A stretch of DNA of 54,186 nucleotides, filler included, from Jimgerdemannia flammicorona (lineage: Eukaryota): NCBI GenBank assembly GCA_003990765.1. It is 2 parts of 2 records of this genome, joined end to end, with 100 filler letters (N's around TTAATTAATTAA, not from the genome) between each part and the next. Parts side by side here need not be neighbours in the genome. Positions count along the whole stretch, not along the records: positions 1 to 27,047 come from RBNJ01000668.1; 1 more part is not named here. The stretch is one strand, 5' to 3'. Positions 15,838 through 26,178 of the stretch are shown in pieces. Under the pieces are notes generated by a model that was not told the origin of the DNA, made no database searches, and saw only the letters and a list, made by a program, of their open reading frames with translations. Positions within the stretch are counted from its first letter, which is position 1, and each line of letters starts with the position of its first letter. The position numbers and the translations under genes were made by a program.

Positions 15838-18749
15838 GCTGGAGTCTTCAATTCAAACTTTTCCTTCAATATGAATAGTATAACTAGAAATTCACTTTGA
15901 ATGTGAATGGGCTATAGGGGGCAGCTAGGAGGAGGTATATATTTGGATGGCTAAAAGAACTGAATTCAGATCTCTTCTTATTGCAGGATGTCTGTTATGA
16001 GAAGGATGAAAACTTACAGGATTGGACTAAGGAATGGGGGGGGGCTACAGTATGGATGGGGAGGGTGGGCATCCTCATTCAAAAAGGGATATGGGACATT
16101 GGGGACATTGGACATTAGGGGTCTTGGTTGGTGTAGAGAGTGTGGAAGAGGCCTAGATAGAGCCCGTTGATGGTTGGGTCATGTTATTGTCCAGCAGAGA
16201 GAGGGGAATGGGTGGATTGGATTCATAGTTTGAAAGAGGCTGGTGTATTGGGCAAGGCTGGGTTAGACTGCTTGGGGGGGGACTTCAACATGGTATAGAA
16301 TAAGGGACTGGACAGAACAGATAAGGAGAGAGGAATGGGGAGCAGGAGTGGTGGGTTGGATGACTGGTTGGAGATGGAGTAGTTGAGTTCTTTGATTGAT
16401 CAGGGAGACAGTTCTGAGATGAGCATAGAATTTATACTTACTGGGCAGTAGGGCTGGGTTCAAGAATTGACTGGATACTAATGACAGGCTACTGGAGAGC
16501 CGATGTCTGGATGATGCTGGAGGTGGTTTGGTGTCTATGGTCCAATCACTGGGGTCTGCTTGGAGAGTGGAGGTTTGGGGGTAGTGGGGATGGGCCTGGG
16601 TATTGGTAACTAAATTCCTCCTTATTAGAGGATGGGGTTCTGTAGATGGACTGGGAGAAGGAGGTGGTTGGGAATATTGGGATGTAGTGGAACCAGGGCT
16701 TGGAAATTGGGGACTGCTGGAGGAGGTTGAAGGCGAGTACTCAGGGGTACTGAAGGGAAGCAGGGAAAGGAAGGTGTGCTCAATGATGGCAGAGAGTGCA
16801 ATGGGCCATACAGCGATTGGTGGTGCTCATGGAGAGATGGGCTGGGGTGCTAGAAGAGTTAGAGGTGATTGATTGGCATATTGTGAGAATCCAGAAGGAA
16901 GTTGAGGAGCTTAAGGATGTGTTGTGAAGTGAGGTGGAGAATAGGCTGAAGGGGATAGTGGTACAGCTGTGGTGGCAGAGGCTTGAGGAGGATGAGAGAC
17001 CTACTAGGTTTTTATTGTGAATGCTACAAGCAAGATAAACAAGCAGTGGTGAGATGGAGTCCTGGATGTAGATGGAGAGATGGTGGTGGGGACTCCAGTA
17101 ATTCTAGAGTTGCTGAGGATCCATTGGGGGGAGCTGTAGAGCAAGGAGGAAGGGGGGGTGGATGCTTTGGACATTGAGAGACAGCTGGGGGATTGGCACC
17201 CAAACCCTGTATTGGGCCTGGGGACTTTGAGGGACCTGGTGAGAGTTGAGGAAATTTGCAGGGTTTTGGCTATAACAAGTAAGAGGATGGCTCCAGGAGA
17301 GGATGGGCTTCTCTGGGATTTTTGGAAGAAGATGGCTGGAGTGGGTGAGGTATTGGAGGAAATGACCATTATGTGTAGTAAGGTTCTTCAATCTGGAACT
17401 TAGATTGGGGGCCAGCACCTAGGGCTGATCTCCTTGCTCTTTAAGGATAAGGAAAGGCAGGAAGACTGGAAGAACTGGTGGCTGATCATGCTTCTTGACA
17501 TGGACCACAAACTGGTGACAAAGATATTAGTGATGAGATTGTAGGGAATTGCTCAGCAAGTGCTTGGTGTGGAACAAAGAGGGTTTATCAGGGACCAGTT
17601 GATCTGTGATAGGATGGCTTGGGTGCATGGTGTAATTGAAGGGGCTCGGGCTGTAGGAGTGGATGGTTGTTTTGTTTTTTTGGATCAGGAGAAGGCATAT
17701 GATAGAGTGAGGAGGGTCTGGTTGAAGGGAGTGTTGAAATGGATTGGTGTTCCTCTGGGAGTCCACAGGTCATTGATTGGCCTTTTGGAGAACAGTCAGG
17801 CTGTACTGGTAGTCAATGGCCACAGGGGGGTAGTCTTTCCTCTTTGTCAAGGGGTGCCACAAGGTGACCCATTGTCACCAATCCTATATGCCCTCTCCCT
17901 GGAGCCCCTACTGGACAGGATCTGGTGTTGAGTTGGGGGTTTGGACATTCTAGAAATAAATTGGAAGGTGGGGGCCTTTGTGGATAATATGGTGGTTGGA
18001 CTGGGCTTGTTGGTGGATGTGGGGGAATTATGTCAGTCTGTTGAATGATATGAGAGGGGCTCTGGTACTAGACTCAATTGGCACAAATGTGAGACTCTGG
18101 TGCTGGGAGGTGGAATTATTGGTGGTGACATGATAGAGATAGTGGTGCCAGCAGAAGAGCCAGTGTGCTACTTGGGAATCTACTTCTCAGTGTTTGGATC
18201 ACTTCTTCCCCATGCTTGGTGGGACTAATGACTTCTGGAGTGGGAAATGTTCTTCTGTGATAGGGTGGTCAGTATATATCCTTAGCTGGAAGAGTGATGG
18301 TGCTGAATGTATACTGGCTACTGAAACTGTGATATGTAGGGTATCATCTGGACTTCTCAGCTTAGGTGGTCAGGAGATTGTTGAAATTGGCGAGATCATG
18401 GGTCTGGGGAGGGCAGTGAAGTCAGATAGGTTGGGAGATTCTTACTCTATCAGTAGAGAAGGGTGGGCTGGGTTTAGTAGACTTTACTAAATAGCTTCAT
18501 TACTTGAGAGCCTGGTGGCTGAGGAGAGCAAGTGAGCTGCAGGGTCAGGAGTGGGTGCCACTCATGTAGAGGGTGTGGGAGGTCCAGTATTCCCCTCATG
18601 GAGCTTCTGGTGACCTGCTTACAATGGTGGCCATGGATGGGAGCTGAAGGATATGGTATAAGGGCTTTTGGTTGGGGGTGGTGAATGGTACTAAGCAGAT
18701 TGGACTTCGGTGGGGGGTAGTGCATTGCAACCCAAGCCGAGCCATGTAC

Positions 18750-19080
18750 ATATTTAACCCAACCCAGAATTATACGTCATCCGTCTTTAACCCGACCCAG
18801 AATTATATGTCACCCATCTTTAACCCAACCCGGAATAATACATCACCCATCTTTAACCCAACCCAGAATAATACGTCACTCATCTTTAACCCAACCCAGA
18901 ATTATATGTCACCCATCTTTAACCCGACCTGGAAACATACATCACCCGTCTTTAACCTGACCTGGAATTATACATAATCTGTCTTTAACCCAACCTGAGA
19001 AATATACATGACCCAATCTGAGAAATATATGTGACCCAACCCTGACCCGTATTTAACCCAACACAGACCCATCTTTAATC
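18750..19080. repeat. hAT left subterminal 33-bp tandem repeats
   Basis: TTTAACCC(A/G)ACCCAGAAT(T/A)ATA...CACCC(A/G)TC about 8 times; mirrored at about 24440-24630. Confidence 0.9.
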
Positions 19081-19243
19081 TGCCTTTAAGCTACAAGGCA
19101 CCAAAAAAAATATATTGCACATCTAAGATATATATTTAGAATAAACAAATAGAAACATAATTAGGAATCAGAAATCAAAATGAAATCGGAAATAAATAGG
19201 AAGTAAATCAGGAAAATAAAGAACTTATTGGTGTGAACAGATC

Positions 19244-20633
19244 TTACTCTTCATCACTATAAACCAACTGATCCTCCTCTTCATCGCTATAAACCAACTG
19301 ATCCTCCTTCTTCTCATATTCCAAACCATCTTCCTCTATATATTCCGAACCACTTTCCTCTATATCCTCCTCCTCCATATCCTCCTCTGGGCCGACTGCC
19401 TCTGCGCCAACCTCCATTTCATCCTCCATTTCGTCCTCCACACTGACCTCCCCGTGTTCCTCCGCACTGACCTCCCCATATTCCTCCACACTGACCTCCC
19501 CCATACTGACCTCCCCATGTTCCTCCATGCCAACCTCCCCTGTGCCGACCTCCCCATGTTCCTCCACACCGACCTCCTCTACGCCGACCTCCCCCATGCC
19601 AACCTCCCCCGCGCTGACCTCCCCCACACCGACCTCCCCTGCACCGACCTCCCCTGTGCCGACCACCCCTGCACTGACCTCTCCACTGACCTCTCCACCA
19701 GTGCCAACTCCTCCACTGGCACCGACCTCTCTTACCTCTCCATCTCCTCCACCACCACCCCCCTCAACAAAATGCACAAGCCTGCTATCCATCAGTCACA
19801 TATAAAGTGTTTTGTCATTCTTCACCGGTACTCATTCAAATATGGCCAGCAGTTTTTCGTGATCATCCATGATGACAATTCCATCTGGACAATCTCACTT
19901 GTTTCATGCTTTGGCATTCACCTTGAAGCCGGTGTAGTATGACAAATGTTCCACAATTTTCACACAGTTTTCTATTGCTCTTATGACTTCTTGCCTCAGT
20001 TGGTCATCATGTACTTTCTTAATGCGTTTGTTGGCCATAGCGAAAGCATGCCTAATGTCCGATTTGGAAGGCCTTTTCTCTATAAGGTTTGGGGCATCCA
20101 GAAAATTGATTTGGCAATACTTCCAGACAGTGTTTGGGCAAACTTGATGGCAAAAATGGCAATTGTAGCAAGATTTGTGCTCCGGCCCAGGCTTAGAAGC
20201 TGGAGGATATGTATATTTCGAATGTTATTAGAAAAAAATTTTGGACATTGATTTAAAAAGAAAAAAAATAAAAAAACTAACTTTTTCGAGCTGCGTTATT
20301 GGGATCTGGTAGGGGACCTTGTGCTTGCAGACCAGCGGCGAGCTGGCGGTCAAGCTGGAGATTGGGGAGCTGAGGGTCAGCGAGCTGAGAGTCAGTGAGC
20401 TTGGCAACCTGGGTGTTGGCAAGCTCAGCAGGCTGGGTGTTGGCAAACTTGGCAGGCTGGGTATCAGCAAGCTCGGCAGGCTGGGTATCAGCAAGCTCAG
20501 CAGGCTGGGTGTCAGCAAGTTGGGCATCTTTAGGACGCCGAGCTTTGGGACGGCAAGCTGAAGCACGTCGAGCTTGGGGGGGACCAAGTAAATACTTATT
20601 GGCCGGGCGGTCATATCCACATTTTCTCAACAT
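19244..20633 (-). pseudogene. hAT accessory gene of unknown function (about 435 aa, 2 exons, CxxCxxCxxxCP cluster, acidic repeat tail)
   Basis: Exons 20633-20282 and 20199-19244 join in phase 1 across an 82-nt GT-AG intron. The frame has only four TGA stops, consistent with CGA decay. Confidence 0.65.
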
Positions 20634-21028
20634 AGCAGTGAATTAAGTGAGGTGAAGTGAAGGACAAGGCGAAGCGAAGGACAAGGCGAAGCGAAGGACG
20701 AGGCAAAGCGAAGGATGAGGTGAAGTGAAGGATGAGGTGAAGCGAAGGACAAGGTGAAGCAAAGGACGAGGCAAAAAGAACAAGAGGCAAAAGTAAGCTT
20801 TTGATATCTTAAATATTCAAAAGCTATAAAATCTTTCAGAAGCTCTTTCTGAATCTCTCTGAAATCTCTTTCAGAAGCTCTTTCCAAATCTCTTCGAAAT
20901 CTCTTTCGGAATCTCTTCGAAATCTCTTTCAAAACCCATTTCTAAATTGCATGTTGTTTGCAATCTGAGGAATGAGGGTGAGGGGGGTGGAGGAATATGT
21001 GAGGGTTGTGCAAGAGGAGTGAAACACA

Positions 21029-21257
21029 AGAGGAGTGGAACGCAATGAGGAAAGCTCTGGATTGCAAGGGTAAGCGTAAGTGTAAGCGCAAGCGCAAGCT
21101 TTGCTCCACTCAGCTGATAGCTGATATCATGTGATATCAGCTTATTATCAGCTTGTCAGACTGAGCAGAGCAAAGCTTATGCTTATACTTACGCTTACGC
21201 CTATGCTTACACTTACACTTGCAATCTGGAGCTTTCCTCACTGCGTTCCACTCCTCT
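21029..21257. repeat. Long inverted repeat 1 centred on a 24-bp palindrome
   Basis: AGAGGAGTGGAACGCAATGAGGAAAGCTC... pairs with ...GAGCTTTCCTCACTGCGTTCCACTCCTCT; centre AGCTGATATCATGTGATATCAGCT (21119-21142). Confidence 0.85.
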
Positions 21258-21263
21258 CTGCAT

Positions 21264-21629
21264 GATTCAGCGGGTTCTGTGTAAGCCCCGATTGAGCAAG
21301 GTTTGCAATGATGTTTGAGCGAGGTTTGTAGTACATTTGAGCGAGATTTGCAAGCCTTGCACTTGCAAGCTCAGCCAATAGCTGATATCACATGATATCA
21401 GCTTATATACACATCATATCAGCTTGTGACTGAGCTTGTCCAGGCTTGCAAGCACAAGGCTTGCAAAGCCTGACTTATGCAAATCTCACTTTAATCTTAT
21501 GTACAAATCTCGCTTGCAAATCTCACTTGCAAATCTTGCTTGAACCTCGCCGCAAATCTCGCTCAAATTCACCACAAACCTCACTCAAACGTCATTGCAA
21601 ACCTTGCTCAATGCAGAACATGCTGAATC
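21264..21629. repeat. Long inverted repeat 2 containing the same 24-bp palindrome
   Basis: ATTGAGCAAGGTTTGCAATGA pairs with TCATTGCAAACCTTGCTCAAT; internal AGCTGATATCACATGATATCAGCT (21380-21403). Confidence 0.85.
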
Positions 21630-21951
21630 TCTAAAGTATGTTTGCTGTTTGCTGTTTACAGTTGCGTAATGGGTACCAGTTCACCACCTATGCTATTTAT
21701 TCATCCATTCTCTGTCCACAATCGATCATTGGCTATCGCATGCCACCTTGCTGCTCTCTCTCTCACTGCCCCCAACAGTTCCTGGCTTTTCCCACCACTC
21801 ACCACCTCCCCACAACTCCCTGCCCCCTAGTTCACTACCCCCCCAGCTCATTTCCCAGTTCGCCACTCCCTAGCTTGCCACTTCCTAGCCACTTTCCAGC
21901 TCTTGGCCTCCCACTCAAGCTCTCAGTCCCTATGATCATCAAACATTCGAA

Positions 21952-24307
21952 ATGTCTAAAGATCAAGAAGTACATTTAGGAGAAATCTCAGAACCATCAG
22001 ATGATATATCGGAGGATATATCAGAGGATATATCAGATATCTCCACTAGTTCATTATCACCAATAAGCATGAGAATAAAAATAAAAACAAAACCTGGTGA
22101 TAGCTGGGTGTGGAATCATGCCACAAAGGTAGTTTTATACATTATGCTAATGGTTGAATTCATAGGGGTGATGGGTCTCAGTTGTAAGGGTGGGTGGTTG
22201 GTTGTAAGTGGTTGAGGTTCTAATATAGTCTCATATCTCTCTATTCAAATAGAATTTACAAAGTAAGCTCATCAGTTGCAACCATTGTATGACTTGGAGC
22301 TATATATCGAAGGACGGCAATATCAACAATCTTAAATGACATCTCTGGAAGCATCACAATACCATGCTCTTACCTCTCCAGCATGCTGAGAATCCTTGCT
22401 GGTCTAAGAAAGATGATATTGTGAGTATGGATAGAATGGAATTCAGGAAGTACTTAGGAGGTTATTAGAAAAATAATTGATCAAATTTTATTATTACAAA
22501 TAGGAACACACTAGCAAGACTTTAAGTGATGAAAATTTCCGTCGGTTAATTGCCAACTTCATTGTCACTGGATATCAGCCATTCTCCACTATCGAAAATG
22601 CTGGCTTCAAGTATCTCCTTCATATATTATGCCCTGATCTGGCCCTTCCATCAGCTGATATGATTTTGCGAGTTATTCGAAAGGAATTCGAACTATTGCA
22701 GACTCAAGTGAAAGCAAGGCTAGTAGGGCTCAAGTCAAAGATGTCACTTACACTTGATTGTTGGACATCAGACATTAACATCAAGGCTTTCCTTGGAATA
22801 ACAGCCAATTGGATTGACAGTGATTGGAAGATACATGACATTATCTTAGACTTTGTGAATATCAGTGAAATAACACACATGGGTGCCAATCTTGCAAAAA
22901 GTCTGGAGCTGGTAGTAGATGATTTATTGCCTAGTGACAATCAAATCATTGCCATTGTGTATGACAATGCCAGTAACAACAATACTCTGTTTGAGAATCT
23001 CCATCATCTGCTTGCTCATATACACTGTTTCGAGCATGTATTGAATCTCATCATTCATGATGCTCTTGGTTCTCTTAGCGAGCCCATTGGAAAGCTACGG
23101 GAGTTGATAAAGAAGATCAAAAATTCAGCACAACGACAAGCACAACTGGCAAAGATCTGTGAATCCTTCAGAATTCCCATTTTGAAGCCTCTCTTAGATG
23201 TTATGACGAGATGGAGTTCTACATATGAAATGTTAGCATGTGCTCTGGAGATTTGTAAGGTAAGATTTTGAATCTATTTGTATAGATTTTGGAATACAAT
23301 TTGGAAGTATTTTGGTACTAAATAAATTGATATTACATCCAAATAGGGCTTGGATATATTGTGTGCTATGGATAAGCAAATGAGCAATATATCTGAAGAT
23401 GCATGGCAATAATTTGAATTGATTTTCCGATTTCTCGAGCCTTTTGCCAAAGTGACAACTGTGATGTCAGCTTCGAAGTATCCTACAATAGCAGCTGTTA
23501 TCCCACTATTTAATCGGCTATGTAATCACCTTGAAGATGTCATCGATACATATCAAACTGGTGAACATTTTAATCAGGTATATATATGATTTTGAAAGTA
23601 ATTTTATTTGTGAATTTAGGATCTAATTTAGTAAGTAATTGGGAAGTAATATGTGTATATTTTTATTTTTTATAGATAATGCTTACCACTGCTGAGAATG
23701 TACATATGAAACTTCTAAAGTATTACTGCAAGATGACACCATTATACAGCATAGCTTCGGCCTTAGATCCACATATCAATATGCATTATTTCCGTTGTGA
23801 GCAATGGAAAAAATCCTTAATTGATGAATGGAAGAATCAGATGGAACGTATCTGGGAAAAGCAGTATAAGCCTGTTAATGCTATCATTATACCCTCAATA
23901 TCTCATGATGCCAATGATTTTATCAACTCAATATATGAGAAGAAACAGCACGTTGATGTGGATGATGAGCTTGAATGGTGAGTGTTGTTTTTATGTTTTT
24001 TGATTGGCTTGGTTAATGTTCACTCATATTTCTCTGTTTCAGTTATTTGTCAGAGAATCCAGCTGATCCTCATATAGATATACTGGATTGGTGACGGTGA
24101 AATCAGTCAGTATATCCTAATCTTTCACGAATGGCTCATGATTATCTTGCTATTTTGGTGACATCTGTTCCATCTGAACGTATTTTTTCTATTGCTAGTG
24201 AGCTAGTGACTGAATGTCGAAACAGCTTGTGTGTAAATACAATTCGTGCATGCATGTGTTTGGTTTCTTGGTGGTCTTCAGATATTTTTCACTTTCAATT
24301 ACTCTGA
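21952..24307 (+). pseudogene. hAT transposase (BED zinc finger, DDE domain, hATC dimerisation domain), 6 exons, several stops
   Basis: WVWNH...CNHC...HLWKHH BED finger; SLTLDCWTS, YDNASNN, CFEHVLNL, TRWSST, and SVPSERIFS; GT-AG introns at about 22129-22251, 22421-22503, 23260-23346, 23578-23675 and 23979-24041. Confidence 0.92.
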
Positions 24308-26165
24308 ATATTATCCAAATATTTTCTGAATAATTTTTTCAGAGCAGAGTTCAGAGGGTCAGGTTCAGGGTCGGGTTCAGGGGTCAGGTTCAGGGTCAGG
24401 TTCAGGGGTCGGGTTCAGGTTTGGGTTAAGGGTAAATAATGAGTCAGGTGATATACATTTCCAGGTCAGGTTAAAGATGGGTAATGTATCTTTCTTGATC
24501 AGGTTAAAGATAGGTGACATACAATTCTGGGTCAGGTTAAAGATGGGTGACATATAATTCTGGGTCGGGTTAAAGACAGGTGATGTATAATTCCAGGTTA
24601 GGTTAAAGACAGGTGACGTCTAATTCTGGGTTGGCTGTTTTACGAGTTGGGTTTCTGATTAATCGGGTCGGGTTTGCAGAGCACTAGTGGGGGGGGATGA
24701 AGGAGAGGAGGTTTGGGGACTGTGGATGTGATGTTGGGACAGGCTACTGCTGGGAGGTGTTTTGGTGGAGGACTTAAAGCTTAGCGATGGTATGGAGTGT
24801 TTGTGGGGCTTGGGTAGCAATCTTTAGTCTGAAGCCTGGCAGAGAGTTGGGATTGGAGAGGAGTGGAACTGGAATAGTCTCTGGCTTTGGAGCAAGCAGG
24901 TGTCTCAGTAGCTACCTCTCAAGTTCTGGGTGATATGGTGGCAAGTTCTACAGTGGAATATGATGTTGAACTATTGGTCTGGGCACTTGATGGCCAGTAG
25001 CATGTTTGAGTGTAAGGAATGCTTCGATGTTAGACAGGAAGGTGGGTGATACAAATGTCTGAACATTGGCTTAGTGAGTGTGACATTTTGGGGTTGTTTT
25101 GGGGGTATATCACAGACTGGTTAGGGCTGTGAGCCCTGGAGGGAGAGGAAGGGAGGAGATGGGAAGAGCTCCACTGATGGCTGGTTAGAGGGGTTGGGGA
25201 TGAATGGCTGACCCTTGGTTGGGCCCTGGCCATATGGGTGGGGATGGCTGGGCATTGGGTATATGTATTTGAGGAGGGTTGATAGGTTGGGGTTAGGGAT
25301 AGGGTGCTATATTGAGAATGGTTATTACTAGATATTTTGAATGGCTGGTGGCAAGGGTGGGGACCAGGTGGGGGGAGTCATAGAGGTTTGGTACAACATA
25401 TCTCTAAGAAAAGTGATGGGAGGGTTCAGGTGGTGGGTGACTGGGTTGTCCTCCAGTAGGGGAGAGTAGAGAGGGGAAGGAGGAGATCCGAGGGATATTG
25501 GCTGAGAGGATGGAGTGATATTGTATTGTATTATTATTATTATAGATAGCAGTAATAAAGGGAAGTCCAAGTAACTATAAAAAAAAAAAAAAAAAAACTA
25601 TACTATAATAGATATTATCTTCTGATTTTAAATTTTCAAAATACTATCAAAAATAATTAATATATCTAACTATTATTTCATAAATTAAATAATTTTAAAA
25701 AGATATTAAATCTTTGATTATAAAAATAATTAATTTATAAATAACTTAATTATATTTTATATATGATATTATCCAATTATAGATTGTAATTATAAATTGA
25801 ATTAATAAGTAATTTTAAAATAATAAATCTAATATAGAGTATTTAGAAGAGTTGTTTTTGGAGATTTTGATAGGAATAAAATTATTTTAAATATTGATAT
25901 ATGGAAATTTGAATAGACATATTAGAGATGAAAAGACAATTGTTTTAGGAATTAAGATATATATCTCTATAAAGTTAATATATTATAATATATATTTTAA
26001 TAAATTAATTTATATTATAATATTATATAGCAAATTAATTATTAAATTGAAATAATAAAAATAGATAAAGGTAAATAAAATAAACATTTCATTGGACACA
26101 TTATAAATTTAATATTATTACATCTATTTTTTTTTTTTTTTTTATAATTTACTTAAAGGTATTGT

Positions 26166-26175
26166 ATCACGTGAT
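26166..26175. promoter_or_regulatory. Intact palindromic E-box (ATCACGTGAT) at the 5' edge of the structured island
   Basis: Perfect 10-bp palindrome with a CACGTG bHLH/Cbf1-type core; CpG retained. Confidence 0.4.
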
Positions 26176-26178
26176 TTT

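Larger units (their letters stand above)
18718..24686 (+). mobile_element. Complete hAT DNA transposon (5969 bp) carrying two divergent genes
   Basis: Perfect 8-bp TSD GTGGGGGG (18710-18717, 24687-24694); TIRs TAGTGC(A/T)(T/C)TGCAA; inverted arrays of 33-bp subterminal repeats at both ends. Confidence 0.95.
15871..25520 (+). pseudogene. LINE ORF2 (APE endonuclease plus reverse transcriptase), disrupted and split by a hAT insertion
   Basis: TLNVNGL and GGDFN endonuclease motifs; RT motifs APGEDG, FLDQEKAYDRV, GVPQGDPLSPILY and AFVDNM (decayed FADD). Confidence 0.88.
13871..25597 (+). mobile_element. Full-length L1/Tx1-like non-LTR retrotransposon (about 5.75 kb without the hAT insert)
   Basis: TSD CTATACTATAATAGATAT at 13853-13870 and 25598-25615; AATAAA plus poly(A) tail; ORF1 and EN-RT ORF2; 5' end shared with the copy at 51410. 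Confidence 0.92.

Noticed and set aside
18750..19000. Regular 33-bp repeats resembling a CRISPR array
   Set aside because: Head-to-tail units with no unique spacers; mirrored at the other hAT end, so subterminal repeats.
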